Shown here one piece after another: positions 43,354 through 57,445 of a stretch of DNA of 64,000 nt (position 1 is its first letter; each line of letters opens with the position of its first letter). The DNA is from Octopus vulgaris (lineage: Eukaryota): NCBI GenBank assembly GCA_951406725.2, contig OX597830.1, forward strand, positions 78,244,001 through 78,308,000, read 5' to 3'. The translations under genes were made by a program, and so were the position numbers. Under the pieces are notes generated by a model. The model was given only the letters and a program-made list of their open reading frames with translations, searched no databases and was not told the DNA's origin.

Positions 43354-43398
43354 TTACTTTTGACAATCTTTTTCCAAAGAGTGAAACCGGTAAAGTAA
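43354..43398 (+). ncRNA. Type I hammerhead ribozyme with U3-A8 variant core (mirror copy on - strand at 42794-42838)
   Basis: TTACTT-TTGACAA-TCTTTT(TCCA)AAGAGT-GAAA-CCGG-TA-AAGTAA; 6-bp helix I, palindromic ACCGGT helix III. Confidence 0.65.
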
Positions 43399-43436
43399 AT
43401 AAACATCTTTTAAATTGCATTTTCAAACCTTCTTTC

Positions 43437-43549
<113 letters not shown>

Positions 43550-43552
43550 TAT

Positions 43553-43837
43553 GGAGGCGCAATGGCCCTGTGGTTAGGGCAGCGGACTCGTTGTTGTAGG
43601 ATCGCGGTTTCGATTCCCAAACCAGGCGTTGTGAGTGTTTATTGAGCGAAAACACCTAAAGCTCCACGAGGCTCCGGCACACTCTTTCGCCACAACTTTC
43701 TCTCACTCTTTCTTCTGTTGGCCTGCTCGCTTAGCCAGCGGGGTTGCGTCATTTGAAGGCTAAAACAATGCGGAGCGCATTGTGACCAGCGATGTGTAGC
43801 AACATCTGATAGCCTGGTCGGTGACGGTGACGGTGAC
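43553..43837 (+). mobile_element. SINE family C head with a third 3' body ending (GGTGAC)n
   Basis: Head matches 29909; the tail recurs alone on - strand at 55433-55553. Confidence 0.75.
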
Positions 43838-43843
43838 ATATAC

Positions 43844-43875
<32 letters not shown>

Positions 43876-44391
43876 ATGTTTGAGTGTCTGTGTTTGTCCC
43901 CCAACCGATGCTGGTTTGTTTACGCCCCCATCACTTAGCGGTTCGGTAAAAGAGATCGATAGAATAAATACTAGCCTTACAAAGTCCTGGGGTCGATTTG
44001 CTCTACTAGAGGTGGTACCCCAGGATGGCTGCAGTCAAATGACTGAAACAAATAAAAGAACAGAAGAATAAAAGAATAAATATAAAATATTTCCAAATCG
44101 TTATAAAAATACTTATTTAATGCAGTGAATCCAGCGATAATTCAGTAAACGGCGAACATATTGGTTTTTAGGCAGCCTCAATTTACAATGCCTATCAACA
44201 GGGGCTATATTTTATTGTGAACGATATTAAACCCTCGTGCCGTGAGTGAGGCTATAAAATGCATTTAATACAGTGACATAAAGTCAAAATGATTTCTGCT
44301 TTTATGGCGTCCTTGCAGAGCGAAAAGTCTGTGTATGTGCGTGCGCACGTGCGCGTATTTGTATGCATGGATGTGTGTGAGTGTATGCGTA

Positions 44392-44461
<70 letters not shown>

Positions 44462-44690
44462 TGCGTGTTTGTTATATCGTTTGCTGCTGATGTTTATGTA
44501 AATTTTGAAGGGCATGTCATTTTATGAGTATGAAATAGTGTAATGCATGGATCCCTATGTGTGCATGTGTGTATGTGTGTGTATTGTGTGTGTGTGTGTG
44601 TATTGTTGTGTGTCTGAGTGCTTCTACATGTATATCTGTGGGTATATGTGTAGGTGTTTGGGGATGTGTCTACGTGTGTATGAGTATGTG

Positions 44691-44725
<35 letters not shown>

Positions 44726-44984
44726 ATACTTATGTGTAAGTTTCTGTGTATGCATGTATGTGATTATGTGTTTATGGGTGTGAGCTTGTGTGGATGTCAG
44801 TGTTTATATGCATGTGTGAGCGTGTGCATCGTCAGTATATGTATGTGAACGTGCGAATGTGCCTATGTGTGTGTGCACCCGTGTGTACATATATGTGTGT
44901 GTGCGAGTGTATTCATATGTATGTACGAGCGTGTATATGTCAGTGTGTGTATGCGCGTGTTTATGTATACGTGTATATATATAT

Positions 44985-45374
44985 ATATATATATATAAAC
45001 GGCAGTTTGTCTGTGTGTTTTCTGTGTGTCTGTTTTCTCGTACCCTCACTCTGACCACGGCTTTCAACCGATTCTGATGAAACTTGACACACACATAGCC
45101 CAATGTCATAATTCAAAACTAACGCAGCGAAAATTTTGAAAAGTTCCACCAGTTCTGAAAAAAAATCGATAAATTCGACATGGGGTCGAGAATCAGAAAC
45201 CCAAACCACAGACCGTCTAGGGGACGCAACTCCACCTTTTTTAACTCTCAAAAAAAAATTTACTATCATTTTTTTTTCCGTTTTTTTGCTAGCTATTTTT
45301 TGGCTATAACTCTCTAAAAATGCTTTATAGTTATTTCCCTTACAAACCTGAGCAACGCCGGGCGATACTGCTAG
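44985..45374 (+). mobile_element. Non-autonomous Helitron-like element
   Basis: 3' subterminal GC-rich hairpin CCTGAGCAACGCCGGG followed by CTAG|T at 45371-45375; 5' end TATATATAAACGGCAG merges with (TA)n. Confidence 0.65.
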
Positions 45375-45732
45375 TATATATATATAAATATGTGTGTCTG
45401 TGTGTGCAAGGAAATAGCGCTGAAGAGAATGTAACGACCAGGTTCTATGATTAATAGTGCGTGTGTTTGTTTACATACGTATTTCGTTATAGCATGCTAT
45501 TTATTTTTCTTCATAGACATGTGGATACGTGTGCGTGTGTGTGTGTGTGTGTGTGTATGTAGGAGTGTGTGTCTTATAGTGATATAAATACTTACATATG
45601 AGTGTATATATGTGTGTGTGTGTGTGTGTATGTGTAAATGTGTAAAAATATATATACATAATTATATATATATAGATATATATACGTATTTATACATGCA
45701 TGCACATCAATACAGACGCATATATGTACACG

Positions 45733-45768
<36 letters not shown>

Positions 45769-45882
45769 TTTATATATATATATATATATTCCTTTCTACC
45801 ATGTATATTTCTATACATAAATATATCAAAATATATATAAATACACATATATAAATATGTATGTGTGTATGTATGTTAATAC

Positions 45883-45913
<31 letters not shown>

Positions 45914-45914
45914 C

Positions 45915-46025
<111 letters not shown>

Positions 46026-46029
46026 CTAT

Positions 46030-46412
46030 TTCTCTTTTACTTGTTTTAGTCATTTTGACTGCGGGCATACTGGAGCACCGCCTTTAGTCGAGCAAATCGA
46101 CCCTAGGACTTATTCTTTGTGAGCCTAGTACTTATTCTATCGGTCTATTTTGCCGATCCGCTAGATGATGGGGATGTAAACACACCAGCATCGGTTCTCA
46201 AGCTATATTGAAGACACACACAAAAACATATACACGCACATGCATATATATACATATATATATACGGTGGGCTTCTTTCAGTTTCCGTGTACCAAATCCA
46301 CTCGGCCCGAGGCCATAGTAGAAGACAGTTACCCAAAGTGCTCCGCAGTGGGGCTGAACCCGGAACCAAGTGGTTGGTAGGCAAGCTACTTACCATACAG
46401 CCACTTCTGTCC
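46030..46412 (-). mobile_element. SINE family B
   Basis: Reverse complement of 19107-19510. Confidence 0.8.
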
Positions 46413-46414
46413 GC

Positions 46415-46451
<37 letters not shown>

Positions 46452-46703
46452 AACAGCCACTTATCGCCCGCATGTATATATATATATATATAAACATTAT
46501 TTATACATACACACTCATATGCAACCTTGTGTGTGTATGAGCGACTATTTCTTGTTACCAAAATACTTTAACAATCGCTGAGAGCTATAAGTCATTGTGT
46601 TAACTAAATATATTATTACGGACAACTATTTACCCCGGTTATTTACTAATGGCACGTGCCACCTATATGTAAAGATATAAATACATACATGCATACACAC
46701 ATT

Positions 46704-46739
<36 letters not shown>

Positions 46740-49700
46740 CCTGACAATTTCTTGCTAAGTTTTCCTTATTAAGTAGTTGTCCTTAATTGTTAAATTTTTA
46801 TTCCGAAAAAACTTTTCCTCTCCCGAAATGCAATTCGTTAAAGTTTGTCATTTGACCGATTGTAATATATGTAAACTCACCCATGTGCTTCGTTGATGTT
46901 GAACAGTTAGCTGATCAACTTAAGCGAAGCAGGGTCGTTGTTTATTTATAATGCATTCTGGCCTGCTGATGAGTACGTAAGTATGAAATCACTGTGATAC
47001 AGGTCTATATTTTTAAATGTCTTACTTTGAAAAATTGCATTCGGTGGGATTAGTAATATTTTTGGTAGAAATGACTAATTGTCCCTCTTAGCGTTTGGCA
47101 TGTATATATATAATGCCTTCTGGCATGTATGTATAATGCCCTCTATATATAAATTAATATGTTCAATAAGAAATAATTATTTTCGAAATTTTTTCTCTTA
47201 TGAGGTTTTTACGCTATCTACCTGACAATTTCTTGCTAAGTTTTCCTTATTAAGTAGTTGTCCTTAATTGTTAAATTTTTATTCCGAAAAAACTTTTCCT
47301 CTCCCGAAATGCAATTCGTTAAAGTTTGTCATTTGACCGATTGTAATATATGTAAACTCACCCATGTGCTTCGTTGATGTTGAACAGTTAGCTGATCAAC
47401 TTAAGCGAAGCAGGGTCGTTGTTTATTTATAATGCATTCTGGCCTGCTGATGAGTACGTAAGTATGAAATCACTGTGATACAGGTCTATATTTTTAAATG
47501 TCTTACTTTGAAAAATTGCATTCGGTGGGATTAGTAATATTTTTGGTAGAAATGACTAATTGTCCCTCTTAGCGTTTGGCATGTATATATATAATGCCTT
47601 CTGGCATGTATGTATAATGCCCTCTATATATAAATTAATATGTTCAATAAGAAATAATTATTTTCGAAATTTTTTCTCTTATGAGGTTTTTACGCTATCT
47701 ACCTGACAATTTCTTGCTAAGTTTTCCTTATTAAGTAGTTGTCCTTAATTGTTAAATTTTTATTCCGAAAAAACTTTTCCTCTCCCGAAATGCAATTCGT
47801 TAAAGTTTGTCATTTGACCGATTGTAATATATGTAAACTCACCCATGTGCTTCGTTGATGTTGAACAGTTAGCTGATCAACTTAAGCGAAGCAGGGTCGT
47901 TGTTTATTTATAATGCATTCTGGCCTGCTGATGAGTACGTAAGTATGAAATCACTGTGATACAGGTCTATATTTTTAAATGTCTTACTTTGAAAAATTGC
48001 ATTCGGTGGGATTAGTAATATTTTTGGTAGAAATGACTAATTGTCCCTCTTAGCGTTTGGCATGTATATATATAATGCCTTCTGGCATGTATGTATAATG
48101 CCCTCTATATATAAATTAATATGTTCAATAAGAAATAATTATTTTCGAAATTTTTTCTCTTATGAGGTTTTTACGCTATCTACCTGACAATTTCTTGCTA
48201 AGTTTTCCTTATTAAGTAGTTGTCCTTAATTGTTAAATTTTTATTCCGAAAAAACTTTTCCTCTCCCGAAATGCAATTCGTTAAAGTTTGTCATTTGACC
48301 GATTGTAATATATGTAAACTCACCCATGTGCTTCGTTGATGTTGAACAGTTAGCTGATCAACTTAAGCGAAGCAGGGTCGTTGTTTATTTATAATGCATT
48401 CTGGCCTGCTGATGAGTACGTAAGTATGAAATCACTGTGATACAGGTCTATATCTTTAAATGTCTTACTTTGAAAAATTGCATTCGGTGGGATTAGTAAT
48501 ATTTTTGGTAGAAATGACTAATTGTCCCTCTTAGCGTTTGGCATGTATATATATAATGCCTTCTGGCATGTATGTATAATGCCCTCTATATATAAATTAA
48601 TATGTTCAATAAGAAATAATTATTTTCGAAATTTTTTCTCTTATGAGGTTTTTACGCTATCTACCTGACAATTTCTTGCTAAGTTTTCTTTATTAAGTAG
48701 TTGTCCTTAATTGTTAAATTTTTATTCCGAAAAAACTTTTCCTCTCCCGAAATGCAATTCGTTAAAGTTTGTCATTTGACCGATTGTAATATATGTAAAA
48801 CTCACCCATGTGCTTCGTTGATGTTGAACAGTTAGCTGATCAACTTAAGCGAAGCAGGGTCGTTGTTTATTTATAATGCATTCTGGCCTGCTGATGAGTA
48901 CGTAAGTATGAAATCACTGTGATACAGGTCTATATTTTTAAATGTCTTACTTTGAAAAATTGCATTCGGTGGGATTAGTAATATTTTTGGTAGAAATGAC
49001 TAATTGTCCCTCTTAGCGTTTGGCATGTATATATATAATGCCTTCTGGCATGTATGTATAATGCCCTCTATATATAAATTAATATGTTCAATAAGAAATA
49101 ATTATTTTCGAAATTTTTTCTCTTATGAGGTTTTTACGCTATCTACCTGACAATTTCTTGCTAAGTTTTCCTTATTAAGTAGTTGTCCTTAATTGTTAAA
49201 TTTTTATTCCGAAAAAACTTTTCCTCTCCCGAAATGCAATTCGTTAAAGTTTGTCATTTGACCGATTGTAATATATGTAAACTCACCCATGTGCTTCGTT
49301 GATGTTGAACAGTTAGCTGATCAACTTAAGCGAAGCAGGGTCGTTGTTTATTTATAATGCATTCTGGCCTGCTGATGAGTACGTAAGTATGAAATCACTG
49401 TGATACAGGTCTATATTTTTAAATGTCTTACTTTGAAAAATTGCATTCGGTGGGATTAGTAATATTTTTGGTAGAAATGACTAATTGTCCCTCTTAGCGT
49501 TTGGCATGTATATATATAATGCCTTCTGGCATGTATGTATAATGCCCTCTATATATAAATTAATATGTTCAATAAGAAATAATTATTTTCGAAATTTTTT
49601 CTCTTATGAGGTTTTTACGCTATCTACCTGACAATTTCTTGCTAAGTTTTCCTTATTAAGTAGTTGTCCTTAATTGTTAAATTTTTATTCCGAAAAAACT

Positions 49701-52700
49701 TTTCCTCTCCCGAAATGCAATTCGTTAAAGTTTGTCATTTGACCGATTGTAATATATGTAAACTCACCCATGTGCTTCGTTGATGTTGAACAGTTAGCTG
49801 ATCAACTTAAGCGAAGCAGGGTCGTTGTTTATTTATAATGCATTCTGGCCTGCTGATGAGTACGTAAGTATGAAATCACTGTGATACAGGTCTATATTTT
49901 TAAATGTCTTACTTTGAAAAATTGCATTCGGTGGGATTAGTAATATTTTTGGTAGAAATGACTAATTGTCCCTCTTAGCGTTTGGCATGTATATATATAA
50001 TGCCTTCTGGCATGTATGTATAATGCCCTCTATATATAAATTAATATGTTCAATAAGAAATAATTATTTTCGAAATTTTTTCTCTTATGAGGTTTTTACG
50101 CTATCTACCTGACAATTTCTTGCTAAGTTTTCCTTATTAAGTAGTTGTCCTTAATTGTTAAATTTTTATTCCGAAAAAACTTTTCCTCTCCCGAAATGCA
50201 ATTCGTTAAAGTTTGTCATTTGACCGATTGTAATATATGTAAACTCACCCATGTGCTTCGTTGATGTTGAACAGTTAGCTGATCAACTTAAGCGAAGCAG
50301 GGTCGTTGTTTATTTATAATGCATTCTGGCCTGCTGATGAGTACGTAAGTATGAAATCACTGTGATACAGGTCTATATTTTTAAATGTCTTACTTTGAAA
50401 AATTGCATTCGGTGGGATTAGTAATATTTTTGGTAGAAATGACTAATTGTCCCTCTTAGCGTTTGGCATGTATATATATAATGCCTTCTGGCATGTATGT
50501 ATAATGCCCTCTATATATAAATTAATATGTTCAATAAGAAATAATTATTTTCGAAATTTTTTCTCTTATGAGGTTTTTACGCTATCTACCTGACAATTTC
50601 TTGCTAAGTTTTCCTTATTAAGTAGTTGTCCTTAATTGTTAAATTTTTATTCCGAAAAAACTTTTCCTCTCCCGAAATGCAATTCGTTAAAGTTTGTCAT
50701 TTGACCGATTGTAATATATGTAAACTCACCCATGTGCTTCGTTGATGTTGAACAGTTAGCTGATCAACTTAAGCGAAGCAGGGTCGTTGTTTATTTATAA
50801 TGCATTCTGGCCTGCTGATGAGTACGTAAGTATGAAATCACTGTGATACAGGTCTATATTTTTAAATGTCTTACTTTGAAAAATTGCATTCGGTGGGATT
50901 AGTAATATTTTTGGTAGAAATGACTAATTGTCCCTCTTAGCGTTTGGCATGTATATATATAATGCCTTCTGGCATGTATGTATAATGCCCTCTATATATA
51001 AATTAATATGTTCAATAAGAAATAATTATTTTCGAAATTTTTTCTCTTATGAGGTTTTTACGCTATCTACCTGACAATTTCTTGCTAAGTTTTCCTTATT
51101 AAGTAGTTGTCCTTAATTGTTAAATTTTATTCCGAAAAACTTTTCCTCTCCCGAAATGCAATTCGTTAAAGTTTGTCATTTGACCGATTGTAATATATGT
51201 AAACTCACCCATGTGCTTCGTTGATGTTGAACAGTTAGCTGATCAACTTAAGCGAAGCAGGGTCGTTGTTTATTTATAATGCATTCTGGCCTGCTGATGA
51301 GTACGTAAGTATGAAATCACTGTGATACAGGTCTATATTTTTAAATGTCTTACTTTGAAAAATTGCATTCGGTGGGATTAGTAATATTTTTGGTAGAAAT
51401 GACTAATTGTCCCTCTTAGCGTTTGGCATGTATATATATAATGCCTTCTGGCATGTATGTATAATGCCCTCTATATATAAATTAATATGTTCAATAAGAA
51501 ATAATTATTTTCGAAATTTTTTTCTCTTATGAGGTTTTTACGCTATCTACCTGACAATTTCTTGCTAAGTTTTCCTTATTAAGTAGTTGTCCTTAATTGT
51601 TAAATTTTTATTCCGAAAAAAACTTTTCCTCTCCCGAAATGCAATTCGTTAAAGTTTGTCATTTGACCGATTGTAATATATGTAAACTCACCCATGTGCT
51701 TCGTTGATGTTGAACAGTTAGCTGATCAACTTAAGCGAAGCAGGGTCGTTGTTTATTTATAATGCATTCTGGCCTGCTGATGAGTACGTAAGTATGAAAT
51801 CACTGTGATACAGGTCTATATTTTTAAATGTCTTACTTTGAAAAATTGCATTCGGTGGGATTAGTAATATTTTTGGTAGAAATGACTAATTGTCCCTCTT
51901 AGCGTTTGGCATGTATATATATAATGCCTTCTGGCATGTATGTATAATGCCCTCTATATATAAATTAATATGTTCAATAAGAAATAATTATTTTCGAAAT
52001 TTTTTCTCTTATGAGGTTTTTACGCTATCTACCTGACAATTTCTTGCTAAGTTTTCCTTATTAAGTAGTTGTCCTTAATTGTTAAATTTTTATTCCGAAA
52101 AAACTTTTCCTCTCCCGAAATGCAATTCGTTAAAGTTTGTCATTTGACCGATTGTAATATATGTAAACTCACCCATGTGCTTCGTTGATGTTGAACAGTT
52201 AGCTGATCAACTTAAGCGAAGCAGGGTCGTTGTTTATTTATAATGCATTCTGGCCTGCTGATGAGTACGTAAGTATGAAATCACTGTGATACAGGTCTAT
52301 ATTTTTAAATGTCTTACTTTGAAAAATTGCATTCGGTGGGATTAGTAATATTTTTGGTAGAAATGACTAATTGTCCCTCTTAGCGTTTGGCATGTATATA
52401 TATAATGCCTTCTGGCATGTATGTATAATGCCCTCTATATATAAATTAATATGTTCAATAAGAAATAATTATTTTCGAAATTTTTTCTCTTATGAGGTTT
52501 TTACGCTATCTACCTGACAATTTCTTGCTAAGTTTTCCTTATTAAGTAGTTGTCCTTAATTGTTAAATTTTTATTCCGAAAAAACTTTTCCTCTCCCGAA
52601 ATGCAATTCGTTAAAGTTTGTCATTTGACCGATTGTAATATATGTAAACTCACCCATGTGCTTCGTTGATGTTGAACAGTTAGCTGATCAACTTAAGCGA

Positions 52701-54010
52701 AGCAGGGTCGCTGTTTATTTATAATGCATTCTGGCCTGCTGATGAGTACGTAAGTATGAAATCACTGTGATACAGGTCTATATTTTTAAATGTCTTACTT
52801 TGAAAAATTGCATTCGGTGGGATTAGTAATATTTTTGGTAGAAATGACTAATTGTCCCTCTTAGCGTTTGGCATGTATATATATAATGCCTTCTGGCATG
52901 TATGTATAATGCCCTCTATATATAAATTAATATGTTCAATAAGAAATAATTATTTTCGAAATTTTTTCTCTTATGAGGTTTTTACGCTATCTACCTGACA
53001 ATTTCTTGCTAAGTTTTCCTTATTAAGTAGTTGTCCTTAATTGTTAAATTTTTATTCCGAAAAAACTTTTCCTCTCCCGAAATGCAATTCGTTAAAGTTT
53101 GTCATTTGACCGATTGTAATATATGTAAACTCACCCATGTGCTTCGTTGATGTTGAACAGTTAGCTGATCAACTTAAGCGAAGCAGGGTCGTTGTTTATT
53201 TATAATGCATTCTGGCCTGCTGATGAGTACGTAAGTATGAAATCACTGTGATACAGGTCTATATTTTTAAATGTCTTACTTTGAAAAATTGCATTCGGTG
53301 GGATTAGTAATATTTTTGGTAGAAATGACTAATTGTCCCTCTTAGCGTTTGGCATGTATATATATAATGCCTTCTGGCATGTATGTATAATGCCCTCTAT
53401 ATATAAATTAATATGTTCAATAAGAAATAATTATTTTCGAAATTTTTTTCTCTTATGAGGTTTTTACGCTATCTACCTGACAATTTCTTGCTAAGTTTTC
53501 CTTATTAAGTAGTTGTCCTTAATTGTTAAATTTTTATTCCGAAAAAACTTTTCCTCTCCCGAAATGCAATTCGTTAAAGTTTGTCATTTGACCGATTGTA
53601 ATATATGTAAACTCACCCATGTGCTTCGTTGATGTTGAACAGTTAGCTGATCAACTTAAGCGAAGCAGGGTCGTTGTTTATTTATAATGCATTCTGGCCT
53701 GCTGATGAGTACGTAAGTATGAAATCACTGTGATACAGGTCTATATTTTTAAATGTCTTACTTTGAAAAATTGCATTCGGTGGGATTAGTAATATTTTTG
53801 GTAGAAATGACTAATTGTCCCTCTTAGCGTTTGGCATGTATATATATAATGCCTTCTGGCATGTATGTATAATGCCCTCTATATATAAATTAATATGTTC
53901 AATAAGAAATAATTATTTTCGAAATTTTTTCTCTTATGAGGTTTTTACGCTATCTACCTGACAATTTCTTGCTAAGTTTTCCTTATTAAGTAGTTGTCCT
54001 TAATTGTTAA
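46740..54010 (+). mobile_element. Tandem array of ~481-bp units (15 full plus a 54-bp partial), each with a type I hammerhead ribozyme; retrozyme-like or Penelope pLTR-like multimer
   Basis: CCTGACAATTTC recurs at 46740, 47221, 47702, 48183, 48664, 49146, 49627, 50108, 50589, 51070, 51550, 52032, 52513, 52994, 53476 and 53957. Units differ almost only in homopolymer length. No ORF >=60 aa lies within the units. (TA)n flanks both sides. Confidence 0.9.
46960..47005 (+). ncRNA. Type I hammerhead ribozyme (first of 15 copies in the array)
   Basis: GGCCTG-CTGATGA-GTAC(GTAA)GTAT-GAAA-TCAC(T)GTGA-TA-CAGGTC: helix I GGCCTG/CAGGTC, intact CUGAUGA and GAAA core, helix II with GNRA loop, palindromic helix III; predicted cleavage after A46999. 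Confidence 0.9.
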
Positions 54011-54823
54011 GTTATATATATATATATATATATATATAGGTATACATATGTACATATACATATTCTTATATATATGTATATACACACACACATATACATA
54101 TATACGTTTATATACATATTATGTGTGTATATGTGTATATATGATCGTATGTATCTCTTATTATAAATCTATATATAAATTGTTGTATGCATACATATAT
54201 AACGAAATTTATTACATATATCAAACGATCTTTATTTGTTGACAAGATATCCCTAAGTAAATAGTGTTCAACTTATAATATATTATATAACTATGAAATA
54301 GAACAGAATGCAATATATATGTGTGTATGTATGTTTATGTGTGTGTATGTGTGAGCGTATATATATATATTATATCATATTATATTATATTATATTATAT
54401 TATATTATATTATATTATATATGTATCTGTGTTTGTGTGAGAGTATGTGTATTTGTTTAGGAGATGGTATAGCTGTGTGATTAACAACTCGTTCGGTGAC
54501 CACACGATTTTGCGTTCAGCCCCACTGCGAGGCACTTTATGCAAATGTCTTCTGCTAAAGCCCCAGGGTGATCAATAACTTGGGAGTGGATTATTTATAA
54601 AAGATACCGCGTAAACTTGTCTTTCATATAAGCCTGTGTGTGGAGGGAGGTCTCTGTTTTTGTGTTACCCAACTCCTCAGCGCATGACAAAACCGGTGTA
54701 CGTTTGCCTACGTCCCTGCGGCAAGACAGTCCGATAGGATAGGTACCATACATGTGTGTATGTGTGCGCGTGCGTTTATGTGAATGCACGCATGAGTGTG
54801 TATGCATGTACGTATGTATGTAC

Positions 54824-54870
<47 letters not shown>

Positions 54871-55154
54871 AACACACATGCATACCGACCATTAGAATGG
54901 TCAGTTTTTTTGGGTTTTTCTTTTGCCGAACCGCTACCGTGTAGAGAAGGTAAACAAACTTTTGGCGTCTGCAGAGTAATGAGAGAAAAATACAAGCCGA
55001 AAGATGCATGCACAAACATGTGTGTGTGTGGGGGGGTGCATTGATCTGTACATACAAACACTGTATGGACTACAGCAGTAGTTATATATACATACATACA
55101 TATATGCGTACGTGTGTATGTACATAGGAAGTTTCACACATACACACACACAGA

Positions 55155-55202
<48 letters not shown>

Positions 55203-55382
55203 CATATATGTATGTGTGTGATTACATGTGTGTTTATACGCAGTGGGCCCAAAGTTGGAAGTCACAGAAACCCATCTCCTTGTCAACGTTTAACAAACAT
55301 GTACCCAACTAAAATATATCGAGTCATTCTTCAGCTTAGCAATAAACAGTAATATATACGAAAACTTGACATAAAAATATAC

Positions 55383-55435
<53 letters not shown>

Positions 55436-55551
55436 CGTGATCACCGTGACCGACCAGGCTATCAGATGTTGCTACACATCGCTGGTCACAATGCGCTTCG
55501 CATTGTTTTTTTAGCCTTCAAATGACGCCACCCCGCTGGCTAAGCGAGCAG

Positions 55552-55641
<90 letters not shown>

Positions 55642-56166
55642 TACATAATTGTGTGTTTCTATATATACATATATATATATGTATATATATACACACACAC
55701 ACACACGTGTCTAATTGTGTATATATATTTATGCAAAAACGGTATACGATTACCTCAAAAATGACCAATATGTAATATGCTTATAGTGGACGTGTGTCGT
55801 CTGGTCCGTCAAATTTTCCCACCACTTTTCCCACCGTTTGCCGTTCTGCTCCATTTTTCCGACCATTTAAGCTACACCTCTTACCTACCCTCTTTCACTA
55901 ACCTCTCTAACTTACCTTCTTCTTCGACTCCATCTTCTTTACTCTTCATTCTTCATGTTTTTTTTTACCGTTCTACTGCTTCCTTCTCTCTCCCCCTCTC
56001 TCACTCTCTCTCTTTCTCCTTTCTCTCTCTCTCTCTCTCTCTGTCTGTCTGCACGTGTGTTTCAGGTTTCTAGTTTCTAGTGAGAGTGTGTGTATATGTA
56101 TAAATATACACATACATTCACAAATAGATATTTACAGTCCAATATATATTTATATGAATACATATA

Positions 56167-56490
56167 GGCGCAGGAGTGACTATGTGGTAAGTAACTTGCT
56201 TACCAACCACATCGCTCCGGGTGGGACTTTGGGCAAGTGTCTTCTGCTATAGCCTCGAGCCGACCAAAGCCTTGTGAGTGGATTTGGTAGACGGAAACTG
56301 AAAGAATCCCGTCGTTTACATGTATATATATGTGTGTGTTCGTGTTTGTCCCCCAACATCGCTTGACAACCGATGCTGGTGTGTTTATGTCCACGTAACT
56401 TAGCGGTTCAGCATAAGAGACCGATAGAATAAGTACTAGGCTTCCGAAGAATAAGTCCTGGGGTCGATTTGCGTGACTAAAGGCGGTGCT
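56167..56490 (+). mobile_element. SINE family B, 3'-truncated
   Basis: Matches 19107-19460. Confidence 0.8.
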
Positions 56491-56569
56491 CTCTCTAAAG
56501 AAAGACATATCTCATTCTTTTGTTTCTGTTTCTAACTTTCTCTCTCTCACTTTCTCTCTCTCTCTCTAG

Positions 56570-56626
<57 letters not shown>

Positions 56627-57122
56627 ACGCGGCCTCGCTCTCTAACTTCGTCTCTTTCTCTCATTTTCTCTCTAACACGATATCTCTCTCTCACTCACAA
56701 AATCAATGTCACTCTCTCTCTCTCTCACTTTTTCTCTCCTCTCACACCATCTTGCATCCTCCACCTTTATCTGTCACTTTATATCTATCTATCTGTCACT
56801 TTATATCTATCTAACATCTTACTTTTCTTCTCTCTCTCTCTCTTTCGGCCCCTCTCTCTCTTCTCTCTCTCTCTCTCTCTCGCTTTCTCTCCGTCATTAC
56901 ATATATTTCCTCTCTTTCTCTCACCTTAATGTGACCTCACATCCACTACAAATCACTCCCTCCCTCTCATTAGACAAGTTTCATTCTCCCTTTCTCTCTC
57001 TCTTTCTCTCTTTTATTCTCTCATTTTCCCTCTCACTCATCCTCCCACTCTGTCTCTCTTATCCATTCTCTCTCAATGCACATTTACCTCTGTCACCTTT
57101 ACTGCCATTTCATGGGTCTCTC

Positions 57123-57170
<48 letters not shown>

Positions 57171-57358
57171 GCACACATACACACACAGTGACTTCATGTC
57201 TATCTCTCACTCGCTCTCTCCCCCTTACTCTTTCTCTCTCACTCTCTCAATGCCATTACATACATCTCCTTATCTATCTATATCTCTCTCTTAGTTATTT
57301 CATCCCCCTCTCTTTCTCTCTCTCTCTCACTCCCTTGCCCCTCTCTCCCCGTCTCTCG

Positions 57359-57399
<41 letters not shown>

Positions 57400-57445
57400 T
57401 CTCTGCCTATACAAAAATCTGTCTCTCAATATTTCTCTGTTCATA

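Noticed and set aside
46740-54010. CRISPR array or rDNA/histone repeat
   Set aside because: Units are identical with no unique spacers, there are no cas genes, and no rRNA or histone similarity is recognisable.
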